This document shows, one piece after another, positions 38,837 through 49,727 of a stretch of DNA of 64,000 bases. The stretch is taken from assembly GCA_963701075.1 (NCBI GenBank), contig OY969559.1, positions 992,001 through 1,056,000 of the forward strand, in the 5' to 3' direction. The position numbers and the translations under genes are program-made. The DNA is from an uncultured Nitrososphaerota archaeon. GTDB lineage: Archaea > Thermoproteota > Nitrososphaeria > Nitrososphaerales > Nitrosopumilaceae. Each line of letters opens with the position of its first letter. The first letter of the stretch is position 1. The notes under the pieces are model-generated. The model did not search any database and had not been told where the DNA came from. It worked only from the letters and a program-made list of their open reading frames with translations.

Positions 38837-39157
38837 CTATCTTGTTATCTTGTCTTTTTTCCCGATTTGAATCAAGTCGGTCGATCCTGTTTTCAATGTA
38901 TTGCGTCTTGATTGCCATCTAAGCAATACTTCCTTAAACGACTCTGCTTCTGACGCATCCTCTGTATACATCAAAGTTGTAACCCATCTTCCTTCTCCTG
39001 CAATACCGCCCATCGAGTTCATCCAAAAATCAGTTGGCATGTTTTCAAAGGCTTTATGGTTTGGATCGCGGCTCATGTCTATCCATCGTTTTGCAACAAA
39101 ATGTAAGACTTCGTCTAGTTCTTCCTTTGTAATCATTGTTGGACCATTACAATACAC
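38837..39157 (-). CDS. Hypothetical protein
   Basis: 106-aa ORF co-oriented immediately upstream of thyX. Confidence 0.6.
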   Translation of the reverse strand: MYCNGPTMITKEELDEVLHFVAKRWIDMSRDPNHKAFENMPTDFWMNSMGGIAGEGRWVTTLMYTEDASEAESFKEVLLRWQSRRNTLKTGSTDLIQIGKKDKITR

Positions 39158-39267
39158 ATGATTTTAAAATTACTAAATTTTCAAAAAGTTAAGAAAACTT
39201 AGCTAAAATGATCTTACTAAAATTGAAAACCTTGTTAACACTTTGCTGATTATATCAAAAATATGAC

Positions 39268-40098
39268 ATGTGCACAATGAGCAAAGAAGATGTCGAGTTT
39301 ATCGGCAAGCAAGTTAAGGACATGTATGGCACTTACATTGGTAAGGTCATAGGAACTATAACTGACATAGATGGAAGTGTACAAACCGTAGGTGTCGATT
39401 GTGGTTCTGAAGGGCTGAAGCAAGTTCCATTTGAGCAACTAGTTGTTCAGGGACAATTCGTAATTTTCATTCCTAGATGGAGATTAGATGCCCAGAGATT
39501 GTTGCGAGAAAAGGGCCTTACATTGCGCCGAATTCGCGCGTTGATAGACATCGTATCTGAAAACGACGACATGAAGGAGGATGCTGAATTGATCCACGAG
39601 AAATATAAAATGAAATTACTAACTCTGGATGAGACCGAAAAACAAATCAAAGAAAAACTAGGGCATAGGCTGTCAGATCTTGACAATCAGCTCAAATCAA
39701 TCAGAATGCTGAGGTTTGATGCCAAATTGCAAAACAAAAGCAATGAAATTTCTGATGCCAAGTACGAATCAGTTAAGACCCACACGGTTGAAATCATCGA
39801 GCACATCGAACACGAAAAGGCAGAGATAGTAAACATTCAACGTCGCATCAACGATCTTTCAGTTGATACTGTGGAGCGAACCGAGAGTCCAAAACAGGAC
39901 GTTCATTCAGCTGCTGTTTCCTACCTTGGTAAGGCGGAAACTTCTCCCTCTCCTCAACCAAAGACACCAATATCTACTGAAATGGTAGTTGGTAATACGA
40001 ATTCCCAAACATCAACCCCCAAACCAGTTGCTATTGGAGCCGATGGTGAGGAAGAACCTCAAGACTCAGATTGGCTTAAGAGAATATCGTCTTCTTGA
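39268..40098 (+). CDS. cdvA: Cell division protein CdvA-like
   Basis: N-terminal PRC barrel FIGKQVKDMYGTYIGKVIG, coiled coil, low-complexity linker, C-terminal WL motif. Confidence 0.85.
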   Translation: MCTMSKEDVEFIGKQVKDMYGTYIGKVIGTITDIDGSVQTVGVDCGSEGLKQVPFEQLVVQGQFVIFIPRWRLDAQRLLREKGLTLRRIRALIDIVSENDDMKEDAELIHEKYKMKLLTLDETEKQIKEKLGHRLSDLDNQLKSIRMLRFDAKLQNKSNEISDAKYESVKTHTVEIIEHIEHEKAEIVNIQRRINDLSVDTVERTESPKQDVHSAAVSYLGKAETSPSPQPKTPISTEMVVGNTNSQTSTPKPVAIGADGEEEPQDSDWLKRISSS

Positions 40099-40177
40099 GA
40101 ATATCTGATAGGATGGGAAGATTCGCTCCTGCCTCCTTTTAAGCGAACCTTTTTTTTAAGATGAATACAACACATAT

Positions 40178-42100
40178 TTGTTGGATGCGGTACATTCGAT
40201 AGGTCTTGGAAATAATGACACTATAACAAGAAAAAGAGCAAATCAAGATTATTTAAAATTCTGGGAAGAAGAAGCAAGCAAACTTCATTGGTTTGAAAAA
40301 TGGGATAAAACACTAGAATGGAATCCACCTTTTGCAAAATGGTTTGTAAATGGTAAAATTAATGCGTCTTATAACGCACTTGATGTGGTAGTCCAAAAAA
40401 ACCCGCAGAAGAATGCTCTGCTCTGGGAAGGCGAAAATGGAGAGACGCGAACTCTCACATATGTCGAACTGTTGAATTATGTATGTAAAGTAGCAAACTC
40501 TCTCAAGTCCCTTGGGGTAAAAAAGGGAGACCGAGTTACGATATATCTGCCAATGATTCCCGAGTTGATTGTTTCTTTGCTTGCATGTGCAAGAATAGGC
40601 GCAATTCATACTGTCATCTTCTCTGGATTTAGTTCCCAATCTATTAGAGATAGAGTCTATGACTCAAAATCGAAGGTCATAATTACAGCAGATGGAGGAT
40701 TTAGACGTGGAACGATAGTAAAGCTAAAGCAAGTTGTAGACGAGGCAATATCTGACTTTGATTTTGTGGAAAATGTATTGGTATATGTACATGCCAAGAT
40801 TCCAATGACGTTAGGAAAAAAAGACAAGATATGGACTGACCTGATAAACAACGCATCAGAATATTGTGAACCTGAAAAACTTGACAGCGTTCATCCACTT
40901 TACATTTTGTATACTTCAGGAACTACGGGAAAGCCAAAAGGTGTTCTTCACGGAACGGGTGGCTATTTGGTACACCTTTACAGCACATTCAAGTGGGTTT
41001 TTGATATCAGGGAATCTGATATTTATTTTTGTACTGCTGATATTGGATGGGTTACAGGTCACAGCTATATTGTATATGGACCTTTAATGCATGGTGCAAC
41101 TCAGGTTATGTATGAAGGAGCACTGGTCTTTCCAACACCCACGAGAATTTGGGATCTAATTGAAAGATACAAAGTCACAATACTCTATACGACCCCTACT
41201 GCACTGCGCATGTTTATGAAATATGGTAACTCACTACCAAACTCGAAAGATCTGTCCAGTTTGAGACTGCTTGGTACCGTAGGTGAGCCAATAAATCCGG
41301 AAGTATGGGAATGGTATTTTCAAGTAATTGGAAAAATAAATTGTCCCATAGTAGATACTTGGTGGCAGACAGAAACTGGCGGAATGATGATCTCGCCAGT
41401 TCCAGGGCTAGAAACAATATCGCTCAAACCGGGTTCCGCAACTAGACCGTTGCCAGGAATCAGTGTTGACGTGGTTGATGAAAACGGAAATACTCTCCCA
41501 TCAGGAACAAAAGGCTATCTTGTGGTCAAGAATCCGTGGCCTGGAATGCTTCTTTCATTGTGGGAAGACGATGAGAAATACAAAACTGTATACTGGTCAA
41601 AGTACAAAACCATGTACTATCCAGGAGATTATGCAATTAAGGACAAAGATGGTTACTTTTGGATGTTAGGCAGAGCAGATGATGTTCTAAAGGTGGCAGG
41701 TCATAGGCTTGGTACTGCTGAGATTGAAAGCGGATTTGTATCTCATAAATCAATAGCAGAGGCAGCTGCATGTGGAATTCCACATGATGTAAAAGGCGAA
41801 TCAATAATTGTATTCTTGGTATTGAAGGAAGGCGTAACTACAAGTGAACAATTAGAGGATGAGCTCATCCAACACATACGAAAGGTAGTGGGCCCAATCG
41901 CAACTCCTGATCAACTGTATATTGTTTCCAAGTTACCAAAGACAAGGAGCGGAAAGATAATGAGAAGATTGCTAAAGGCTGTGGCAAACAATGAAAATAT
42001 TGGTGATGTAAGCACATTAGAGGACGAATCTGCTGTAGATGAGGTTCGAGCTACATTCAATGAGCTAAGGCAAACCGTTCAAAGAAATCAAATCAAATAG
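40178..42100 (+). CDS. acs: Acetate/acyl-CoA ligase (AMP-forming)
   Basis: ILYTSGTTGKPKG, DTWWQTETGG, GRADDVLKVAGHRLG, LPKTRSGKIMRR. Confidence 0.95.
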   Translation: MLDAVHSIGLGNNDTITRKRANQDYLKFWEEEASKLHWFEKWDKTLEWNPPFAKWFVNGKINASYNALDVVVQKNPQKNALLWEGENGETRTLTYVELLNYVCKVANSLKSLGVKKGDRVTIYLPMIPELIVSLLACARIGAIHTVIFSGFSSQSIRDRVYDSKSKVIITADGGFRRGTIVKLKQVVDEAISDFDFVENVLVYVHAKIPMTLGKKDKIWTDLINNASEYCEPEKLDSVHPLYILYTSGTTGKPKGVLHGTGGYLVHLYSTFKWVFDIRESDIYFCTADIGWVTGHSYIVYGPLMHGATQVMYEGALVFPTPTRIWDLIERYKVTILYTTPTALRMFMKYGNSLPNSKDLSSLRLLGTVGEPINPEVWEWYFQVIGKINCPIVDTWWQTETGGMMISPVPGLETISLKPGSATRPLPGISVDVVDENGNTLPSGTKGYLVVKNPWPGMLLSLWEDDEKYKTVYWSKYKTMYYPGDYAIKDKDGYFWMLGRADDVLKVAGHRLGTAEIESGFVSHKSIAEAAACGIPHDVKGESIIVFLVLKEGVTTSEQLEDELIQHIRKVVGPIATPDQLYIVSKLPKTRSGKIMRRLLKAVANNENIGDVSTLEDESAVDEVRATFNELRQTVQRNQIK

Positions 42101-42587
42101 AGATTATCTGTAGTTTCGAACTTGCTGTTATGTTGAACTTGCTAACAAAACCAGCGGTCGTTTCTAATACATACTTTGCTGGTTTGCCTCCTCCATCGTC
42201 CACTGTGCATGTTGCGGTCTCAAGAGCTGATTGACACGGCTGCATATATTTTGTTATATGGACCACATTTCCATTACTATCAAACCAGATTACATCAAGA
42301 GGAAATTGCATGTTTAGCATCCATATGGGAATAACCTGCTCGTTGTTCATCACAAAGATCATTCCCTGGTTGTAGGGCAGCTGATCTTGAAACATCAAAC
42401 CCCTATCTCTCTGTGCATCTGTTTCTGCTACCTGTACATTTAGAGTTACATTGTCTATCTTTACAGTGCCACTTGAAAAATTAACCTCGGCAAGTTTAGA
42501 GTCTGCAGGAATTGTCAATACTCCGACGATACCAATGATCACTGCTGTAATGGCTATTGGGATTAATATCTGTCCTCTTGTTGCCAT
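42093..42587 (-). CDS. DUF192 family membrane-anchored protein
   Basis: AET..QRDRGLMFQ..L...QGMIF, WMLNMQFPLDVIW, YVLET.AG. Confidence 0.9.
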   Translation of the reverse strand: MATRGQILIPIAITAVIIGIVGVLTIPADSKLAEVNFSSGTVKIDNVTLNVQVAETDAQRDRGLMFQDQLPYNQGMIFVMNNEQVIPIWMLNMQFPLDVIWFDSNGNVVHITKYMQPCQSALETATCTVDDGGGKPAKYVLETTAGFVSKFNITASSKLQIISI

Positions 42588-42650
42588 AAAAATTGTGATA
42601 CACGTCTAGTTAAAAACTAATGCAAAAAATGTGCTAATAAAAAACTCGAA

Positions 42651-43004
42651 CTATCTCATTTTATCCTTGATGTCTGATACATTTCTTGCAAAGTTCTTTG
42701 CTTCGTGACCTATGTCTGCTATGGTGGAGCCATTGTAAACTTTGTCTAGATACTTACCAGCGATGATCATCGGAACACCTGCAACAGTGGTGAATGGTTC
42801 TGGAGCCAAGAATAAAATGAATCCTATCCTTTGAATCTTCTTGCCAGGTGCAGGTGCACGTTGTAGGGAACCCAGTGCTCTGGCAGTACCTCTATCATCC
42901 AAAGTTCCTAATGTAGAGTAAATCTCGGCTCGCCTTTTGATGGAATCGTTCATTTTCTTAATTTTATGAATACGCCTTTTAAGTACATCTTCCATTTGTC
43001 TCAA
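42651..43004 (-). CDS. Hypothetical protein with hydrophobic hairpin
   Basis: IGFILFLAPEPFTTVAGVPMIIAG. Confidence 0.65.
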   Translation of the reverse strand: MRQMEDVLKRRIHKIKKMNDSIKRRAEIYSTLGTLDDRGTARALGSLQRAPAPGKKIQRIGFILFLAPEPFTTVAGVPMIIAGKYLDKVYNGSTIADIGHEAKNFARNVSDIKDKMR

Positions 43005-43104
43005 GTTCCGATATGTCTAGTTAAGATTCCATGCAAAAGATCAGTCACAATAAGGTAAAGATTTCTGATCAAAGGATTAGGTTATATCGCTTCAAGTATA
43101 ATCC

Positions 43105-43572
43105 TTGATTTATATCATGAAGGAAAAACGCAGTGAAAGACTTGAATCTATCAAGGAGGCGCATAAATCAACCAAGGGTGATTATTCGAGAGTGGAGGAT
43201 TATCTGGAAGTAATATCGGAACTTGTTGAACTAAAAGGGCATGCAAATACTATTGATATTTCAAGATATCTAAACGTCAGCGCTCCTTCTGTTACAAAAA
43301 TGCTTCAAAGACTTGATGAAAATGGATACCTAGAATATGAAAAATACAAGGGAATAAATCTGACTGCAAAAGGTAGTGCAGTAGCATATGCGATAAGGCA
43401 AAAACATGGAATTTTGCTTGAGTTTTTTAAGATGCTTGGTATAAACCACGAGATAGCAAATCAAGATACAGAAGGAATCGAACACCATCTAAATCCCCAA
43501 ACTATAAAGCAGCTTAGAAAATTCATCATGTTTCTAAAGGAAAATCCCAAAATCTTGGAAGATTTCCAGTAG
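43105..43572 (+). CDS. DtxR/MntR family metal-dependent transcriptional regulator
   Basis: EDYLEVI, LNVSAPSVTKMLQRL, LTAKG, KHGILLEFF, EGIEHH. Confidence 0.92.
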   Translation: MIYIMKEKRSERLESIKEAHKSTKGDYSRVEDYLEVISELVELKGHANTIDISRYLNVSAPSVTKMLQRLDENGYLEYEKYKGINLTAKGSAVAYAIRQKHGILLEFFKMLGINHEIANQDTEGIEHHLNPQTIKQLRKFIMFLKENPKILEDFQ

Positions 43573-45378
43573 CTAGTCACGCGTCACTATCTTAATATCG
43601 TCTTTTGACATTATCGCATTAATTATTCTCTTTCCAACACTTGATCTTTTGGCTATGATTATTCTGCCTCTCTTTCCTACTCTTGTTGCTATCAAGTGTC
43701 TATCCTTGACATAAACATCCGCACTCATTCCAGATTTGTTCTCGTCTACTTCCAATATTACATTGTTACCAGATTCTGACATTTCAAACCACTCATCCTT
43801 TTCACTAATTTCTGTTCTTGGTTCTACATCGATATGCACGCCTAGATTTTTTTCAAGCTCATTGATTGTTGAACCCCCGCGACCAATCAGCGACGGTATG
43901 GAATCTTTGTCAACTTTGACTCTTATGCTATTGTTTGAAAGAATCTCAATTTCTGCATTGGAATCAAATCGTCTGATCACATCTTTTATTTTTGATTCAG
44001 CAAGTCTCTCAATTCCACCACTTTTTGTCTCCTTTGATATTGGTATGACTATGTTTTCTTCTCCATAAGTGTAAATCTCATATTCAAGCGAATGATTCTC
44101 AAAGTTTTTAACCTCAATTACTGGCCTTGCCAAATCTTGTTCAGTCATGCCGGTGGGTACTTTGACCTTGAATTCTAATTCGTATACCTTTGAGATCTGA
44201 CCTGCTTTTACATATACCACAGTATCCAAAACATGGGGAATCATCCCCAATTCTATCTTTCCTATGAATCGCTGGATTGCGTCAAGGGGAGCATTTGCAT
44301 GTACTACGCCAACCATGCCAACTCCAGCTAACCTCAAGTCAGCAAAGACTCGAAAATCATGATATCTTCTTACTTCATCAAATATGGTATAGTCTGGCCG
44401 TACCAACAATAGTATGTCTGCCGCATTCTCAAAACTTCCGTCAAGATGCGTATACTGCGTAATTTTTTCATCTACTTGAAGATCTCTTGGTGACTCAAAC
44501 GTCTTTACAATTTTGCCTTTTTTAGAATAAAAGTCTGCAAGGCTTGATGCCAATGTACTTTTACCTGAGCCTGGTGCTCCTGCAATGAGTACCCCTTCTG
44601 CGCTTTCAGACAACCGACGCATCAGTTTTTCTGATACATTGTACTGCTCAAGTGATAGCTTGACAAGCGGATGTGTGATTGTAATCTCATAGCTACTAGA
44701 AAATGGGCGATGAGTTATTACAACTCTGAAATCCCGGAATTGAACTACAAGCGCACCAGATTTTGAAATCTCAATAACCCCAGCTTGGTTCATTCTTGAA
44801 GCTTCCAAGATCTCCGTAGTAATTCCCTCCAGGTATTCCTTTTCCAGCGTCCTGTCTTCAAGCTCCACTAAAGAAAAAGCGCCAGGTTTTCCACGTTTAG
44901 CAACAGGTTTTGCTCCTTCTTTGAGGTGAACACTCATTGTCTGGTGATCAAAATACTTTTCAAATTCAAGATCTGCTATCTTGACCTGTGGTTTTGAGTA
45001 ACTAGTTTTTACTCCTTCTGCTTGTGCAACTAGGGCTTGTACATAATCTGCCGTATAAAATGTGGCGTTATTTTTCTTTGCAATGTCCTTTATTATGGCA
45101 TCTATTCTACCATGTCTTGCCAATTTGATATCATCCATGCTTGGGCGTTCGCCTTCAAACCGAAGTACGATATTGTTTTTTTGTACCAAGTCACGAATCT
45201 TCTTTATCTCCTCCAAGCCAACAAAACCATAATCCTTGTTTTGTGAAGCTTGAGATTGAAGCTCGTCTAAAACTGCAACAGGAATAATTATTTCACAATC
45301 CTTAAGACTTCCTGATTCGATTAGCTTTGTTATCTCTCCATCTATTATGATGCTTGTATCTACTACTATCTTTTCCAT
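43573..45378 (-). CDS. PIN-domain + ATPase + KH protein (PINA-type)
   Basis: VVDTS (PIN), GAPGSGKST, FESPRDL, FDEVR, GVVHA, KH LIGRGGSTI. Confidence 0.92.
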   Translation of the reverse strand: MEKIVVDTSIIIDGEITKLIESGSLKDCEIIIPVAVLDELQSQASQNKDYGFVGLEEIKKIRDLVQKNNIVLRFEGERPSMDDIKLARHGRIDAIIKDIAKKNNATFYTADYVQALVAQAEGVKTSYSKPQVKIADLEFEKYFDHQTMSVHLKEGAKPVAKRGKPGAFSLVELEDRTLEKEYLEGITTEILEASRMNQAGVIEISKSGALVVQFRDFRVVITHRPFSSSYEITITHPLVKLSLEQYNVSEKLMRRLSESAEGVLIAGAPGSGKSTLASSLADFYSKKGKIVKTFESPRDLQVDEKITQYTHLDGSFENAADILLLVRPDYTIFDEVRRYHDFRVFADLRLAGVGMVGVVHANAPLDAIQRFIGKIELGMIPHVLDTVVYVKAGQISKVYELEFKVKVPTGMTEQDLARPVIEVKNFENHSLEYEIYTYGEENIVIPISKETKSGGIERLAESKIKDVIRRFDSNAEIEILSNNSIRVKVDKDSIPSLIGRGGSTINELEKNLGVHIDVEPRTEISEKDEWFEMSESGNNVILEVDENKSGMSADVYVKDRHLIATRVGKRGRIIIAKRSSVGKRIINAIMSKDDIKIVTRD

Positions 45379-45563
45379 TATTACCTAGTCAGGCTATTTC
45401 GCACCTTTTAATCATACCTGTATTTTATCCAAATAGCATAGTTTTCAACCATAGAATGTTACAGTTAAAGAATCGATCCTATGATGGAAAAAGTACTTTC
45501 TCACAAGTTCTCATAAGAGCCTTGAAAAAAGACCCAGTCCTAAATAGATTAAAACTCGTTGAT

Positions 45564-45926
45564 CTATGAATTGAGTATTTCTGATATTTTGTGTAACACA
45601 TCCTCAAAATTAAATGGTTTTAGGATGTATGCTACAGCGCCATTTTTGACGCATTCTCTCATCGTTGCTTGATTGTCACTTGCGGTAATCATGATCACCT
45701 TGGCATCTGGTCTATGCGCTATTATCTCTCTTAATACCATAAGACCGTCTTTTTTGGGCATGGCAACATCCAAAAGCACAATGTCTGGATTTGTTTTTTT
45801 AAACTGCTCAAATGCTTCTAGGCCATTTGATGCTTCGGCTACAAACTCATGTTTGCCTATGATCAAAATATCTTTTAACACCATTCTTATGGCATCTGAA
45901 TCATCAGCTATCATTATTCTGGCCAA
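45564..45926 (-). CDS. Single-domain response regulator (CheY-like)
   Basis: IADDS, LLDVAMPKKDG, ITA, YILKPF. Confidence 0.93.
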   Translation of the reverse strand: MARIMIADDSDAIRMVLKDILIIGKHEFVAEASNGLEAFEQFKKTNPDIVLLDVAMPKKDGLMVLREIIAHRPDAKVIMITASDNQATMRECVKNGAVAYILKPFNFEDVLHKISEILNS

Positions 45927-45969
45927 TTCTTACATATCCTCATGTTTGGTATTTAAGTTCAAAAGGGAT

Positions 45970-46338
45970 CTACCATTCTGATATTTGGGGAAATTTGTCA
46001 TGTACATGTTTCTTAAAATCCGAGAGATCGTAAATATTCAAACCGCTGAAGATCTTCTTCATGTCTTCAACTGTTTTGACTATGACCAAACAAGATCCAG
46101 GTAATGAACCCTCACTCATTATGTATCTCAATATGGAATCGCTTATTTTTGCCAACTCTCCAATTTTTTCTTGTCCCATCATGGGGGCTAATCCTTTAAT
46201 TTTATGAAGGTGCGCCTTGATACTCTGAGAGTTCTTGAATATGTGTTCATCATTATTGCAATGCAAGACAATTCGTTCTAACTCGTCCAATTCTGATCGT
46301 ATTTCTCGTCTTGCAACCTTTAGAAACTCGTCAGACAT
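45970..46338 (-). CDS. Standalone Hpt phosphotransfer protein
   Basis: HLHKIKGLAPMMG. Confidence 0.88.
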   Translation of the reverse strand: MSDEFLKVARREIRSELDELERIVLHCNNDEHIFKNSQSIKAHLHKIKGLAPMMGQEKIGELAKISDSILRYIMSEGSLPGSCLVIVKTVEDMKKIFSGLNIYDLSDFKKHVHDKFPQISEW

Positions 46339-46404
46339 TTTAACTAATTACCAGCTCTCTTTTATACAAGCTTTTATAGGCTTGCCTATGGCTTTCTTAT
46401 CAAA

Positions 46405-48265
46405 TTGAAGATTACGCAGAAAACATATTTGTTACTTGGGATAATAATTGGAGTTTCTGCTGTTAATCTATTTCTCCTACTTTCAATCTCTCAAGAGAAC
46501 TTGGATGTACTTCATTCCATCAGTGATGCAAGCAATCTAAAGGTCATAGTTGAGGGAATATCTGGTACAGCTAACTCTATTGCAAGCGGTAATGAAGCAG
46601 ATAGACAAACATTGGCAGATGAAATTAATGATTTTAACCAAACTTATGAGATTTTAGGAACTGGAGGAACATTTCAAGGTACCACTATAGTTGCCGCGCC
46701 ATCTGAATTACAACCAATTTATGATCAAGTTGGAAATTCATGGCAAGTCTATAGACAAGACGCTGAAAAAATCCGACAAGAATCAGTCTTTGATCCAAAG
46801 GTGGAGAACGCATTAGCGTATATTTTGGGTAAAAACGGTGACTTGATTTCATTGACAAATGGAGTTGTAAATGATCTAGCACCATTAGATAGAAATTACA
46901 ATATCCACAAGATGATTGCAACAAACATGGTAAGCATCGCGCAAGACATAGGACAAAAGACATTGTTGATTTCTATTGGTGAAGGGGGAAATGCCACTGA
47001 TGCTATAAAAAAAGATGCGATAACATTTGATGGAGATCTTAAGAATCTAGAGGGCATACCTTTGGACAGCCCTGATTATGCAAAGTATGGCATAAAGCAA
47101 GAAAATCTGCAACAAATTCCAAGGGAAAACTCTGATTCCCTGAGAAACCTTGATCCATTATGGGAAGCAGAACAATCTAAAATAGAGCATGTTGAAAATA
47201 ATACATTGATTTCAAAAGAATTTGGTTCAGCACTCATGAATCTTAATTCTCAGCGTGGCATCTTACTTGGTAACACTTCTCAATTTGTAGATGAATGGAA
47301 CAACTTCATTGACTCGGAACTGAAACAAAATATCATAATAGTTCAAGGTTTATTGATCTTAGATATTGCAGTATTTGTAACTATAATATTTTCAATTAGA
47401 AAATCATTAAAGCCGTTACAACTGCTCACAAACGCTATTGGAAGAATGAGGAAAGGCTTCTATGGAGAAAAAATTGAATATGTCTCTAATGATGAGATAG
47501 GTGATCTTGCGGAAGCTATAAACTCAATGTCTAGCACTATTCAAAAGAAAGAGGAAGAAGCTTAAGAAGATTGAAATCGCAAAAGATGAATTCCTTGCCA
47601 TGATAACCCACGAACTGAAAACGCCATTGGTTCCCATCCAAGGATATTCAGACATGCTATTGGGTGAACATCTGGGACCACTAAGCAAAAATCAGAAAGA
47701 TAGGCTGCAGGTGATTAGATCAAGTGCCGCATCTTTATTGCAATTAATATCTGATCTACTTGACGCACAAAAACTAGAACTAGGTCAACTTAGAATTAAA
47801 AAATCAAACAATGATCTAAAAGAAACAATTGAAACTACAATAGTATCTATGCAGCCACAGGCCCTTACAGATCAAATAAAACTCACGCATAATCTAAATC
47901 ACTCAATTTATGCTAATTATGATAATGAAAGAATAATACAGGTACTTACAAATCTGATTAAAAATAGTTTAAAGGCAACATTGCCTAAGATTGGAAAAAT
48001 TGAGATATCAGTCGAGGAAAATCCGAAAGAAATCATAGTGTCAGTAAAAGATAATGGAAAAGGGATCCCTAATGACGCGATTGATAATGTATTCAAGAAA
48101 TTCTATCAGGTGGATACTTCTTCTACTAGAGAGTCTGGTGGAAGCGGTTTGGGACTGTCTATATGCAAGGGAATTGTGGAAGCCCACGGTGGAGAAATAT
48201 GGGCACAAAGTAAAGTCAACGAGGGGACTGTGTTCTCATTTGTCATACCAAAAAATGAATCTTAA
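46405..48265 (+). CDS. Membrane sensor histidine kinase (extracellular sensor, HAMP, HisKA, HATPase), split by +1 shift at 47562-47563; 619 aa if joined
   Basis: HAMP DEIGDLAEAINSM; removing one T gives EEEAKKIEIAKDEFLAMITHELKTPL; N, G1, F and G2 boxes intact. Confidence 0.88.
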
Positions 48266-48307
48266 AACACTATCATAAGATAAAATACCTGCATACCAAT
48301 CTTTCAA

Positions 48308-49726
48308 GTGTTGCTGGAAGATTTTGCGGATAAAGCCGTTCAACTTGCACTTCAAAATGGAGCGCAATATTGTGATGTTAGGGCAGAGACGAGTAAAAGT
48401 AATGGCTTTTTGCTTGAAAATGGGCAGATCGAATATTTTTCATCTAAATCTGAGAATGGGTTAGGAATACGTATACTTGCAGATGGTGCATGGGGATTCT
48501 ATTCTGTATCTAATCCAAAATCGGTAGATGAATTAAAAGGGGGCGTAATTAGTGCAGTAAAAAATGCACTTTATTACGCTCAAACAAAGAAGCAAAAAGT
48601 AAAGCTGGCAGAAACTCGTGCATATGTGGATACTGTAGATTATGAGGTAATTGAAAAACCTACGATCGAAGAAATGACAAAATTGGCACTTGAATGTGAT
48701 AGAATAATTCGAGCAAGAAAGAGAATAAACAAATCATCAATTCACATGCATCATGATGTATTTCACAAATACTTTGTAAACAGTGAAGGTGCAAAAATAA
48801 CTCAGAACAATGATGATACTGTAGTACATCTATCTGCTACTGCATATGAATCTGGTCTTTCAGAAACTGTAAGTACAACCGAGGGAGGTCGTGGAGGCAT
48901 GGAAACAATTACAGGAAAAGATAATGTGTTAAAAAAGGCTAATTCCATCTCTGAAAATGCAGATAAACTAATAGATGCAAAACCTGCAAAAGAAGAGAAA
49001 ACAACTGTTGTGATGAATCCTGATTTTGTTGCGTTATTGGCACATGAAATTTTGGGACATCCATCAGAAGCTGACCGAGTACTTGGAAAAGAAATGGCGT
49101 GGGCTGGCGGTGCATGGTGGTGTGGAAAGCTTGGGACAAAAATAGGCTCAACTGAGCTTAACGTAATTGATGATCCTCTGATACACTCTAGCTTGGGATG
49201 GTACAAATATGATGATGAGGGAGTAATGGCATCTAGGAAATCACTTGTAAAAGATGGTGTTCTTGTTGGCCATATGCAGAGTAGGGAAACTGCCTCTCTT
49301 TTTAATACCATGCCAAATTCTGCAATGCGCGCTACCGGATATTCCTTTATGCCATTAATACGAATGGCATGCACTTGCATTGGTCCTGGTAATTGGGATC
49401 CTGATGAGTTGATAAGAGATGTGAAATCTGGTTATCTGATTTGTGACATGAAGGTGCCATCCATCGACATGATGCGGTATAACTGGAGCATATCCTGTCA
49501 ATACGCACAAAAAATTGAGAATGGGGAACGTAAAGAATTGTTAAGAGACGTTATTGTAATGGGAAACGCGCCCGAATTCTTCAACTCAATTGATGCAAGA
49601 GGTAAAGATTTCACTGTACGACCGATAATAAATTGCGGCAAAGGTGATCCCATGCAAATAATGAGAATGGGAAATGGTGGGCCTCATATTCGTGGTGTGG
49701 CTACCGTTAAGAGTGTGGGAGCCTAA
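48308..49726 (+). CDS. tldD: TldD/PmbA family metalloprotease
   Basis: GLGIRIL..GAWGF, LAHEILGHPSEAD, YDDEG, PLIRM, CGKG. Confidence 0.92.
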   Translation: MLLEDFADKAVQLALQNGAQYCDVRAETSKSNGFLLENGQIEYFSSKSENGLGIRILADGAWGFYSVSNPKSVDELKGGVISAVKNALYYAQTKKQKVKLAETRAYVDTVDYEVIEKPTIEEMTKLALECDRIIRARKRINKSSIHMHHDVFHKYFVNSEGAKITQNNDDTVVHLSATAYESGLSETVSTTEGGRGGMETITGKDNVLKKANSISENADKLIDAKPAKEEKTTVVMNPDFVALLAHEILGHPSEADRVLGKEMAWAGGAWWCGKLGTKIGSTELNVIDDPLIHSSLGWYKYDDEGVMASRKSLVKDGVLVGHMQSRETASLFNTMPNSAMRATGYSFMPLIRMACTCIGPGNWDPDELIRDVKSGYLICDMKVPSIDMMRYNWSISCQYAQKIENGERKELLRDVIVMGNAPEFFNSIDARGKDFTVRPIINCGKGDPMQIMRMGNGGPHIRGVATVKSVGA

Positions 49727-49727
49727 A

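Noticed and set aside
48802-49380. 192-aa minus-strand ORF (and similar short antisense or alternate-frame ORFs across the window)
   Set aside because: Fully inside well-supported genes such as tldD; no independent motifs
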